The notes under the pieces were generated by a model. That model ran no database searches. It was not told where the DNA came from and saw only the letters and a list, made by a program, of their open reading frames with translations. From assembly GCA_028534125.1 (NCBI GenBank), contig CM052818.1, forward strand, positions 1,490,001-1,554,000: a stretch of DNA of 64,000 nucleotides, given 5' to 3'. Shown one piece after another: positions 13,035 to 25,000 of the stretch; positions within the stretch are counted from its first letter, which is position 1, and each line of letters begins with the position of its first letter. Source of the DNA: Lama glama (lineage: Eukaryota). Both the position numbers and the translations under genes were made by a program.

Positions 13035-16000
13035 TTTTTTAATTGAAATGTAAATGACATACAATATTATATTAGTTTCCAGTGTACAGCATAGTGATTT
13101 GACATCTGTATGCATTGTGAAATGAACACCATAAATCTAGTTAAAATCTGAGATAAATCGCACTTGATCATGGTGTATGATCTTGTTAATCTATTGTTGA
13201 AGTTCGTTTGCTAGTATTTTGTTGATGATTTTTGCATCTATGTTAATCAGTGATATTGGCCTATAATTTTCTTTTTTTGTAATATCTTTGTCTGGTTTTG
13301 ATATCAAGGTGATGGTAGCTTCATAGAATGAGTCAGAAGTGTTCCTTCCTCTGCAATTTTTTGGAATAATTTCAGAAAGATAGACATTACTCTTTAAATG
13401 TTTGGTAAAATTCACCTGTGAAACCATCTGGTTGTGGACTTTTGTTTGCTGGGAGTTTTAAAATTATAGATTCAGTGTCAGTACTGGTAATTCATTTGTT
13501 CCTATTTTCTATTTCTTCCTGGTTCAGCCTTGGGAGATTGTACATTTCTAAAAACTTGTCAATTTCTTCCAGATTGTCCATTTTATTGTGTATAGTTGCT
13601 CATAGTAGTCTCTTACAATCCTATGTACATGTTACTTGTTTCTTTTCCCTTGTTTTTAATATTTTTTTCTTTATCTTAATTTTTATCATTTTGATAACAG
13701 TGTATCTTGTGTTCCTCTTTTGGTTGATCATTTATGGGACTCTGCACATCCTGGACTAGTGTGACTGTTTCCTTTCCCAGGTTAAAGAAATTTTCAGCAA
13801 TTATGTCTTTAAATATTTTCTCAGGCCCTTTCTCTTTTATCCTTCCGTGACCCACATAACGTGAATATTAGTATGCTTGATTTTGTCCCAGAGATCTCTT
13901 AAACTGTCCTCATTTCTTTTCATTCTTTTTTCTTTTTTTCTATTCTGCAGTAGTGATTTCCACTACTTTGTCTTCCATCTCCCTAATCCATTTTTCTGCC
14001 TTATTTATTCTACTATTGATTCCTTCTAGTGTATTTTTGATTTCAGTTATTGTATTTTTTAGCTCTTGTTTCATTTTTCTTTATATTTTCTAATTCTTTG
14101 TTACAAACTTCCAACTTCTCGCTCTGTGCATCCATTTCCTCTTGAGTTCTTTGATCATCTTTACGATCATTACTCTGAACCCTTTCTCATGTATGTTTCC
14201 TATCTCCATGTCACTTTATTCTTTTTCTGGGATTTTATCTTGTTCTTTTGGCAGTAACATATTCCTCTGTTGCATCATTTTGTCTAAATTTCTATTTGTA
14301 TTTTTATGTATGAGTAGATTTGTTATGTTTCTTGACCTTGGATTAGTGGCCTTTAGTTGGAGATGTCCTAATCATCCCAGGAGGGCACTCCCCTCTCATC
14401 ACTCAAGGGACAGTTACCAGCTGTTTCCAGGATAGGGCCTGGCCTGCATTTGAGAACTCATTCCGCAGGCTGTGAGATTTAGTTTTCTGGTTTTTGGTGT
14501 CTGCCCCTGGGTGGGTGAGGGTTGCCTGGTGGTTTGTGCAGGCTTTCTAGTGGGAGGAGCCAGTGCCTGCCCACTGATGGGTGGGGCTCATCTTGGCCCT
14601 CTGGTGGGCAGGGCTGTGTCTAGTGGTGTGTCTCAAGGCAACTGTGGGCTCAGGATGTCTTTGGGCAGCCTTTCTGCTGATGGGTGGTTATGTGACTCTA
14701 CTTAGCTAGTTGTTTCACCTGAGGCTTCCCAGCACTGAATTCTACAGGCTGTTGTTGGGGCCAGGTTTTGGTTCCAATGACCCAAGCAAAATGTCTGCCT
14801 CAAGAAAGGAGAGTTCATGCAGATAAATACTGCTTGAAATGTCCATGACTGTGTCTGTGTCCCCAGGGTGAGCCACAGCTTCTCCCTACTTCCCCAGGAC
14901 ACCCTCCAAGACCAGCAGGTAGGTCTGGCCCAGGCTCATATGAAATTACTGCTCTTGCTCTTGGTCCTGGTGAGCATGAGACTTTGTGTGAGTCCTTTAA
15001 GAGTGAAGTCTCTGTTTCCCCCTGTCCCATGAAACTCCTGCAGTTAAGCCGCCTGGCCTTCAAAGCCAAATACTCGGGTGCTCTTCTTCCTGGTTCCCAA
15101 CTTCTGGGCTGGGGAGCCTGACATAGGGCTCAGAATTCTCACTTCTGTGGAAGAACCTCTGCAATATAATTATTCTCTAATTTGTCAGTTGCCCACCTGA
15201 GGTGTATGTGGTTTGATTATATTGGGAGTCTGCCCCTCCTACCCATCTCGTTGTGGTTTCTTCTTTATGTTTTTAGTTATAGAATATCTTTTCTGGTAGG
15301 TGCCAGTCTTTTTTTCTTTTTTTTACATTGATTCATAATCATTTTACAGTGTTGTGTCAAATTCCAGTGTTCAGTACAATTTTTCAGTCATACATGGACA
15401 TATACACACTCATTGTCACATTTTTTTCTCTGTGATTTATCATAACATTTTGTGTATATTTCCCTGTGCTATACAGTGTAATCTTGTTTATCTGTTCTAC
15501 AGTTTTGAAATCCCAGTCTATCCCTNNNNNNNNNNNNNNNNNNNNNNNNNNNNNNNNNNNNNNNNNNNNNNNNNNNNNNNNNNNNNNNNNNNNNNNNNNN
15601 NNNNNNNNNNNNNNNNNNNNNNNNNCCCCCCGGTAACCACAAGTCTGTATTCTCTGTCCATGAGTCTATTTCTGTCCTGTATTTATGCTTTGTTTTTGTT
15701 TGTTTGTTTGTTTTTGTTTTTTAGATTCCACATATGAGCGATCTCGCCAGTCTTTTTTATATGATTATTTTGCAGTTAGTTGTGATTTTGGTGTGTTCGT
15801 GAACGGAGATGAGCTCTGGCTCCTTCTACTACACCATCTTCCATTTTATGATTTTGATGTTACATTTTACATCTTTTTATTTTATATTCCCTTAACAAAT
15901 TATTGTAATTTTAGCTAATTTTATTTATTTTGTCTTTTAAGCTTCATGCTACCTTTATAAGTGATTAATCTGCTACCTTATTATATATTTACCTTTTCCT

Positions 16001-18641
16001 CTGAGATTTGTAATTACTGTCATATGTTTCTTTGTTATTAATTAGTATAGTTTTTTTTTTCAACCTAGAGAAGTCCCTGTAACATTTCTTATAAGGCTGG
16101 TTTAGTGCTGATAAACTCATTTAGCTTTTGCATATCTGGAAAACTCTTTATCTCCTCTTTAATTTTGAATGATAACCTCTCTGGGTACAAAATTATTGGT
16201 TGGCACTTTTTTCCTTTGCACTTTTAATGTGTTATGCCACTCCCTTCTGGCCTGCAAAATTTCTTCTGAGAAATCTGTTGATAGCCTTTTAAAGTTTTCT
16301 GTGTATGTGTTAAGTTGTTTTTCCCTTACTGCTATTAAGAGTCTCTCTTAGTCCTTAAATTTTACTATTTTAATTATAATGTTTCTTGGTGTGGTTCTCT
16401 TTGGTTTGATCTTACTTGGAACTCTTGGGCTTCCTGGACCTAGATGTTTGTTTCCTTCCTCAGATTAGGGAAATTTTCAGCCATTATTTTTTTCAAATAC
16501 TTTGACCGTTTTTCTTTCTCTTGTCTTTATGGGACACCTGTAATGCAAACGTTATTTCACTTAGTTATGTCTTATATATCTCTTAAGTTATTTCTACTTA
16601 CACTTTTCTTATGTTGCTGCTCTTCCTATGTGAGTTCCATTGCTTTGTTTTCCATTTCACTGATCTATTTTTCTGCTTCATCTAATCTATTGTTAGACTC
16701 TTGTAGTGTATTTTTCAGTTCAATTATTGTATTCTTCAGCTCTGTGACTTCTGTTTGGCACTTTCTTATATTTTCCATTTCTTTCTTTGTAGTTCTCACC
16801 ATGCTTATCCATTCTTTTCTCATATTTGGTGAGTATGTCTATGCCCATTACTTTGAATTATTTTTCAGGTAGATTACTCATCTCTGTATCATGAAGGCCT
16901 TTTTTCTGAGGTTTTTTTCTTGTTCTTTGTTTAGAACATATTTCTCTGTATCCTCATTTTGCCTGACTGTATTTGTTTCTATATATTAGTTGAAGCATAT
17001 ACCTCTGTCAGTCTTGAAGGAGTGGCCTTGTGGAGGTGATAAACCTTCTTGTTCAACCTTGCCCTAGCTCTTAGATGTCTCTGAAACCTTTATGAGTGTC
17101 TAAACTGCCTGACCTATTTCTGATGTGTCCTCCTTGCTGAGAGTGTACCAAGACCTATCTGTCTAAGGGTGGAAATCTCATTTAACACCTATTTTCAGGC
17201 TGGCTGCCAACCAGATTTTCAGGCAGCAGCTTTTAAAGTATGCAAATGTACACAGTTCTTTAGGGCCAGACTCAAAATCCCTGTTGGCCACCAGTCCAAG
17301 AGATCTGGAAAGTGTCCCCTGGGAGACAGTTGCAAAATTCGGGGCTCCAGATGAGTTTATAAATCTCCTTTCTGGGAGGTCTTGTTGAGGTATATTGAGG
17401 CAAAAGAGATGTACAGGGATGGTGTCTTTCTGCTTATATTCCCTGGGAATGCATCCTTAACCCCTAGCTGTGTGTGAAATCTGAAACCTGTCCCTGAGAT
17501 GGAAGCTCCAGGCTGAGTAAATAGACATTTTTCACAGGAAGACTGGCTTTGTGTTTCAGTCTGCTGTTGGTGCAGTGTCCTGAGAGTGGTGGCCTGCCAA
17601 GAACTGTCTTTCTGATTGTTATAGTCCTGTGGAGCTCCATAGCAACTCCCCTTGGCCACTAGGGTCAGGTGATCAAATGGTGTCCCCTTTGTGGCTTGCG
17701 TGCACCCTTTGGCTTTTGCAAGGCAGCTGAGAATGTAGAGGCTGAGTCATGCTCATCATTTTTATAAAGACAGTGGGACAATTTCTTGACTGTGTGGCGC
17801 TTGCATGTTTCTGCAGTGCAATGGGAGAGTGTCCCCTTTGCCTGTGGGTGTGGGCCAGACTGAGGCTGAAAGCGGGAGGATGCTGCAGCTGCTTGTGCTC
17901 TACCACTCCAGCCAGGGAGTTGAGGTGTGCTGCAACTGTCCATGTTCTCCAGCTTTGGCAAGGTAGTAAAAAAGTGCCTTGACCACTTGCCCCTGCCTGT
18001 CTGAGCAAGGTAGGGTGACGTACAAACTTGCCTGCCTGTGCTAGCAGGGTAGGTGGAGAATGCGATCATGGCATCTGGTGGTGCCTTGATTTCCAGGGAT
18101 GGTTTCAGCTGTTCACTGCTCTGCCTACGGATGCTTTTAGATTAGCAAATGAATAGCCTTCACATATAGTCTAGATGCTTTTCAAAGGCTGTTTTTTTGC
18201 TGGGACTTGGGGGAGTGAGACCGCCTGCTAGCCCATTAAAAGGAGAATCTCAGTTTGCTCTACAGCACTTTCTGTCCCTTGAATATCAGCCCCTTTGGTT
18301 TTCTAAGCAAGGTGTTTGGGTGCTTGTATCTCTGGTGCAGATCCCAGGGGTTAGGGTTCCTGATGTGGAGCACCAACCCTTTGCTCCTTCAGGAGAAGCA
18401 CTGAACTGGTGAGATCCCTCTGTTCTGTGTGTTGCTGCACTGAGCTGGGTTTTTGCCGAGACCATATCTCTCCCTTTCCTGTCTGTCTTGATAGCGTTCT
18501 TCTGTCCTTTGTGGTGGAGAAGTAGTTGACCTCGTTTTCAGATCTTTTTCATGGGAAAATGATCTCTACATAGCTGTCAATTTGGTGTGTCCATAGGAGG
18601 AAGTGAGCTTACCATCTTCATATGCTGCCATCTTGGACTCC
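13035..18641 (-). mobile_element. Composite L1: 5'UTR-ORF1 (18641-15841), second 5'UTR-ORF1 (15840-13620), ORF2 fragment (13620-13150), 3' end (13150-13035)
   Basis: Two L1 start (YY1-type) motifs, tgccatctt 18626-18634 and caccatctt 15832-15840; two GC-richer 5'UTRs; two ORF1 antisense blocks; ORF2 peptide [42 protein letters not shown]. Confidence 0.85.
15315..15745 (-). mobile_element. Young camelid-type L1 3'UTR fragment inserted in an older L1 5'UTR (contains the 100-N gap 15526-15625)
   Basis: T-tail at left; 13-bp TSD gccagtctttttt at 15302-15314 and 15746-15758. Confidence 0.92.
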
Positions 18642-19876
18642 TTGTAATATACTTATTAGACGTTTACTTTTTATATCTTCTTTAGCTTGGGTTGACTGAG
18701 AAAAGTGATTTAAAAGTTATGTGAGTTGTTAAACTTGACTACAAGATGTGTGTAGTTGGTGGATATATGTTTATAGTTTTTATCTCTACAATTTTAAGAG
18801 TCATCTTCTGAACAAAAAATGGTTTGCATAAAATCTTATTTTTAAATTTTATTCATGTTTATAATGAAGGCCTAGAAGTAGATTGTAAAATTGGCATCTT
18901 TTTGATACCATACTTAAAATGGAAACCATTTAGTTGAAATAATGATTGAACAGATACTTAAAGTTGTAATATTTCTGGACCTTTTCAGTTGGGATGGCGT
19001 GGTCTTTGGAGAGAATCATCTTGCTTATATATATGACTTATCGTTCCTGGGAGGCTGAGTTAAAACATTAAATATTACGCAGATAGTACTACTCTGAGCG
19101 TATTTCCCACCTTTGATTATTTTTCTTCCCAACTTTACTTATATTTTGGATATTTGGAGGTCATTTTTATAAACACCTAAGAATTGATATTGGTAAAAGA
19201 TACAAAACTCAAACTGGTAAAATACTGTGGAGAAAAGTTAGTGCTATTTTCAAAATAATGTTGAGGATTATCTTGAAATTTAGTTTATCCATGGACCACC
19301 TATCTTGGAATAGTGCATACACGATTTTGAGTGATCTATCAATGTGCTAGTCTAATGTGCTACTGTAATACTCCTGTCTTCAGAGTGCTGGCATTCTAAA
19401 ACAGTGTTGTGTTTGAAAATAACTAAGAGACTTGAAATATGATTAACAAGGTAGTTATTGTCCTTTCAGATATTAGAATATATTATATTGTTTACAGTAG
19501 TTTAAAATCTGTGTAAGAAGTCAGGATTAAAACACTGATCACATGTTTGTGTCTCTCTCTTCTTAAGTCTCTACCAGTATAAAATAAGTAAGCACTAATG
19601 TCTGGAACACAAATGCCACTTGAGAGAGACTCTCCTTGATCACCATGTATTGAAAAAAAAAACAAACAAACCTATCTTCTTCTTTTATATTTTCCATTTT
19701 CGATGCCACTCATTCATTCATTTAATCATTCATTCCTGAGAATCTGAGTTTCCATCTGGAATCATTTCCCTTCAGCCTAAAGAATTTCCTTTAGCATTTT
19801 TATCGTACAGATGTGTTGGTCTTAAATTCCTTTAGTTTCCTTTTATCTGGAAATGTTTTCCTTTTGCTTTCTTTCC

Positions 19877-20549
19877 TGTATTAGTTTTCTAGGGCTGCCA
19901 TTACAAAGTACCACAAACTGGGTGGCTTAATAAAAGAAAGAAATTTACTGTCTCACAGCTCGGAGGCTAGAAGTTCAAAATCAGTGTCAGCAGGGTCATG
20001 CTTCCTCTGAAACCTGAAAGACAGAGTCCTTTTTTCACCTCTTCCTTTCCTTTGGTGTTTTGCCAGCAGTCTTGGTGTTCCATGACTTGCAGTTGTAGCA
20101 CTTCAGTCTCCAGCTCCATCATCACCTGATGTGCTCCTCTGTGTCATCTTTCTTTGTCTCCTCTTCTTGTAAAGAATACCAGTCATGGGATTTCAAAATT
20201 GTAGAATAGATAAACAAGATTACACTGTATAGCACAGGGAAATATACACAAAATGTTATGATAAATCACAGAGAAAAAAATGTGACAATGAGTGTGTATA
20301 TGTCCATGAATGACTGAAAAATTGTGCTGAACACTGGAATTTGACACAGCATTGTAAAATGATTATAAATCAATAAAAAATGTTAAAAAAAAAAGAATAC
20401 CAGTCATGTTGGATTAAAGGCCCAGACTGCTGCATTATGACTTCATCTTAAATAGGTCTGCAGTGACACTGGCTCCAGATAACGTCATTCTGAGATGCCA
20501 TGGGTTAGGACTTCAGGACTTGTTAGGGGATACAATTCAACATATAGCA
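19877..20549 (-). mobile_element. MLT1 (MaLR) solo LTR, MLT1B/C-like
   Basis: tgtattagttttctagggctgcc...aagtaccacaaactgggtggctta...gatacaattcaacatatagca with TG...CA ends. Confidence 0.9.
20188..20391 (+). mobile_element. Young camelid-type L1 3' fragment (~204 bp) inside MLT1
   Basis: AATAAA at 20372 plus A-tail; perfect 17-bp TSD aaagaataccagtcatg at 20171-20187 and 20392-20408; near reverse complement of 15325-15514. Confidence 0.95.
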
Positions 20550-21294
20550 ATTTCTGAAGGATATTTGCTGGATTTAGAATTCTGCGTTGATAGGTTTTCA
20601 ATTTCAATTTCATTTTCATTTCTATTGCTTTCTGGCCTCTGTAGTTTTTGATTAGAGATCAACCGTCATTTGTATTGTTTTCCCACTGTATAAAGTGTGG
20701 TGTTTTGCTTTCAAATTTTTCTCTTGATTTTTGATTTTCGGTAGTTTGACCGTGATGTTCCTATAGGGATTCACTGAGCTTTTTGACTCTGGTACTTTGT
20801 GTCTTTTATCAAATTTGGGAAATTTTCACTCATTATTGTTTCAGAGTTTTTTCTACACTATTTTATTTCTTCTCTTTTTCTAGGATTCTAGTTCTACTTA
20901 GGTTAGAGTTTTCATATTATCTCTCATATTCTTCAGGATCAGTTCTTTGTGTTTGTTTTTTAAATTTTTTTCTGATTGGATAATTTCTGTTGATCTGTCT
21001 TCAAGTTCACTGATTCTCTTCCTTAGTTATCTCTGTTTGGCAGTCAAGTGCATTAAGTGATGAATTCTTTATTTCAGATATTATATTTTTCAGTTCTCGA
21101 GTTACATTTGGTTGTTTTACATAGTTTTTATTTCTCTGCTGAGATTTATTGTGTTTTCACTTATTGTGAGTATTTTAATTTTACCACCTCAAGTATAGTT
21201 ATAATAACTGCTTTTAAATTCATTGGTGAATGAACTGAATGAAAATGATGAAGAGAATGAAGAAGGCATGATAAATCTTTGGAAGAATGAGAGT

Positions 21295-23562
21295 AGAGTT
21301 GCATGCAATGTTGAAGTACCTAAATATATCAAACAAATACCAACAGTTTTGAAGGGAGAAATGCATATCAATGCAATAATGATAGGGAATTTAAAATATA
21401 CCACTTTCAAAAATGGGTAGATCATTCAGACAGAAAAATTCGTAAGGAAACACTGGACTTGAAGTAAACCCTTGACCAAATGAACTTAAAAAATATACAA
21501 ATTATTCCACCCAATATCGGCAAAATACACGTTCTTCTAACGTGCACAAGGGATATTCTCCAGGGTGGATCGTATGTTAGTTCACAAAGCAAACCTTAAC
21601 AAGTATAAGAAGATTGAAATCATACACAATGTATTTTCCAATTACAGTGGTTATGCAAGTAGAAGTCAGTAACAGATGGAAAACGGGAGAATTCATAAAT
21701 GTGTGAGAAGTAAACAACACACTCCTGAAGACTGAATCAGGGAGAAATAGAAAATTTGAAAGGGCCAGTTATGAGTTATGAGTAAGGAGATTGAAACAGT
21801 AATAAAAAAAAAAAAAACCTCCAAACATTTCACTGTTTTCATCAAATATCTCGAGAAAAATTAACATCAATTCTTCTCAAATTCTTCTAAAAAATTGAAG
21901 AGGAGGGAACGTTCCAAACGTATTTTACAAGGCCAGTCTTACCCTGATACCAAAGCTAGGTAACTACACTACAAAAGAAGAAAGCTATAGGCCAATATTC
22001 CTGGTTAGCTGATGTGGAACAACTGTCAGCAAAATATTAGCAAGCAGAATCAAACTGTATTAAAAGTGTCACGCACCGTGCTCAAGTGTGATTCATCCCT
22101 GGGATGCAGGGATAGTTCAACATATGCAAATCCGTATATTTGCTACACCACATTAGTAGAACAAAAGATACAAATTATAAGATCATCTCAATAGATGCTG
22201 AAAAACCACTTGACAGAATTAAACATCATTTCACCAGTAAAACTCTGAACAAATTGGGTATAAAATAGACATACTTCAACATAGTAAAAGCCATATGTGA
22301 CAACCCCACAGGTAATGTAGTCAGTGGTGAATGTTGAAATCTTTCCCTCTAAGATCAGGAAGAAGACAGAAACACCCACTCTTTACCACTTCTATTTAAC
22401 AGAGTAATGGAAGTCCTAGCAAGAGAAATTATTTAAGTACAAGAAATAAAAGGCATCCAAACTGAAAAGGAGTAAGTAAAATATTCTCTTTTTACAGATG
22501 ATGTGATCTTATATGTAGAAAATTGTAAACTCCACAAAATACTAGAGCTAATAGATGAATTCAGTAGTGTTGCAGGCTACAAAATCAGCACACAAAAATC
22601 AGTTGCATTTCTATACATTAACAGTGAATTATCTGTAAAGGAAATAAAGAAAATAATCCCATCAAACATGGAAAATTACTTAGGAATAAATGTAACCAAG
22701 GAGGCAAAATATAAGTACCTGAAAATTACGGAACATTGATGAAAGAAATTAAAGAAGTAAAAATAAATGGAAACATATCTAATGTTCATAGATTGGAATA
22801 ATTAATATTGTTAAAGTGTCTCTACTACCCAGAGTGACTGACAGAATCAGTGCAGTTCCTATCAGACTTCCAGTGGCATTTTTCAAAAAAATAGGAAAGA
22901 AAATGCTAAAATTTGTATAGAACCACAAAAGACCTTGGATAGCCAAAGCAATTCTGAGGAAGAACAACAAAGCAGGAGGCATTATTTACAATAGGCAAGA
23001 TAGGGAAACATCGTAAGTGTCTGTTTATGGATGACAAGATGAAGAAAATATGATACGCACACATTATGGAATATTTTTCAACCATGAAAGAAGGCAGTCC
23101 TCTCTTTGCAAAACATGAGATGACCTCGAGGGCATTATGCTAAGTTAAGTAAGTCAGAGACAAAAACTGCATGGTATGTTGAATCTGAAAAAGCCAAACT
23201 CATCAAAATAGATAGTAGAAATGGTGGTTGCCAGGGCCTGGGAGGTGACGGAAATGGGGAGATATTTGTCAAAGGTACAAACTTGTGGCTATAAAATGAG
23301 TAAATTCTGGAGATCTGATATACAACATGGTCACTATGATTAACAATACTTTATTGTATACTTGAGAGTTGTTAAGAGAATAGGTCATAGATGTTATCAC
23401 CACATACAAAAATGGTAAGTATGTGAGGGCATGGAGATGTTAAGTACCTTACTGTGGTAGTCATTTTGCAATATATATGTGTGTTAAGTCAGCATGGTGT
23501 CTGCCTTAAGCTTTCATATAATTATATATCAAAAATAAGAAAGCTGGAAGGTAAAAAAAAAA
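21295..23562 (+). mobile_element. L1 (L1MA-like) ORF2 with internal deletions plus 3'UTR and poly(A)
   Basis: ORF2 remnants (PKYIKQIPTVLKGE, ILELIDEFSSVAGYKISTQKSVAFLY), L1 3'UTR motifs, A-run at 23553-23562. Confidence 0.92.
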
Positions 23563-23799
23563 GGAAGTGGAGGGAAGAGTGGTAAGTAATATAGCAGGGT
23601 GTATTAAGCCACAGCTGAAAGTATAAACAGGTACACATAAAATGGAGAAAACAGTTCAATAGTGGTAACTCCAGATAAGCTGAGTCTTTGGAGGTGTGAG
23701 CTATTATAGATGTAGGATAAGATGAGGGGCTTAAAACGGCATGATTTGTTGAAAGTTAGTGTAGAAAACATTAATTCATCTACTTCTCCTCTTCCTTGG

Positions 23800-25000
23800 A
23801 TGGAATATTTACACTCATATTCTTAGGTGGGCGATTGGAAGATTCTTTTCTAGGGAAATTAATAAAGGACTGCCATAAACTGCCATTTGGATTTCCCCAT
23901 CAAAGAGGTAATTTCCTGTATAGAATTCCCTAAAGTGGAGCTTGCTAGTTGACAAGCTTTCCTATGCTCACAGACTTTTCTGTAAACTCTAAGTGACTTA
24001 CTTTTAAATATGAATAACTGGCCAAGGATCAATGGATATTTGAGGAAAATGTGCAAGCGGAAACAAAGAGACAAAAAATACCAATATAAGAAAACAAGTA
24101 ACAATAAGAAAAAGTGCTTGGATGGAACAATGCAGAAGACAGAGGAATATGTCAGAAAAGTTCACTGGTATCGTCAAAAATTAAGAAGTTTTGTTCTTTA
24201 TGTAAAAATGTTGCAAAGATCATCAGGAGGTATTATGGGAGGATTCAGTATCCGTTAGGAATTCTAGACAAAGGGGGAAAATCACCACAGCATTAATATT
24301 AGAAAATGCCAGGGCTCACACTTCCAGATATATTACTTACCCAGCATAATGAACAAATTAAACAAAGACCTACACGAACGTGCATCCTTGTGAAACTGAG
24401 GATGTAGAAGGTAAAAGGCTTGAAAAGCTTCCAGAGAGGAAAAGTAATGTAACAGACCAAGGAGTGAAGATCAACACGTCATTGCTTTTCCCACTAGCAA
24501 AAATGGATGCCCGAAGACAGTGGAGGGAGCAATGCCTTCTATAGTCCGAGGTAAAATGATTTTCAACCTTAAGTTCTATACTCAGTTAAGTATTTTATCA
24601 GTTTATTTGAATGAGGATTAAAGTCATTTTTAAAGTGGAAGGATTCAAGAAATTTAACTCTCATGTTTCATTTCGTAAGAATTACCTGAAGATGTATGTC
24701 AACAAAATGAAGGACTAAATTAAGTGAAAGATAGATATGGAATTATTGGAACTATGGCTTTATCCGCACTGAGAGATGAAATAAGCCCCTCAGAGTGACA
24801 GCGGTGAAGCAGGCCTTATAAGACAGTCAGCCCAGGTTATACCATTAGAAATAATAAGGTCTTGATAGAATATCTATTATGGTAAGCTTTTTGGAAACAA
24901 ATCAAGATAATTACAGTTAGAATATTATTGAATTAAAAAAATGTAGGAAGTTTGAAACTCCAAGAAAAACGAAAAGCTGTACAAGAAAGAAACTAATCAA
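23800..25000 (+). mobile_element. Ancient L1 ORF1 / HAL1-like fragment
   Basis: aaaagcttccagagaggaaaa...gatgcccgaagacagtggag...caatgccttc...aaaatgattttcaacct resembles decayed ORF1 C-terminus. Confidence 0.6.

Larger units (their letters stand above)
19730..21222 (-). mobile_element. Old L1M ORF1 region, interrupted by MLT1
   Basis: ccttcagcctaaagaatttcctttagcatt, continuing after 20550 with ctgaaggatatttgctggatttagaattct and atcaaatttgggaaattttca. Confidence 0.75.

Noticed and set aside
17357..18412. GC-richer block with several 70-134 aa ORFs, possible gene or promoter
   Set aside because: CpG-depleted L1 5'UTR ending in the L1 start motif; no recognisable protein.
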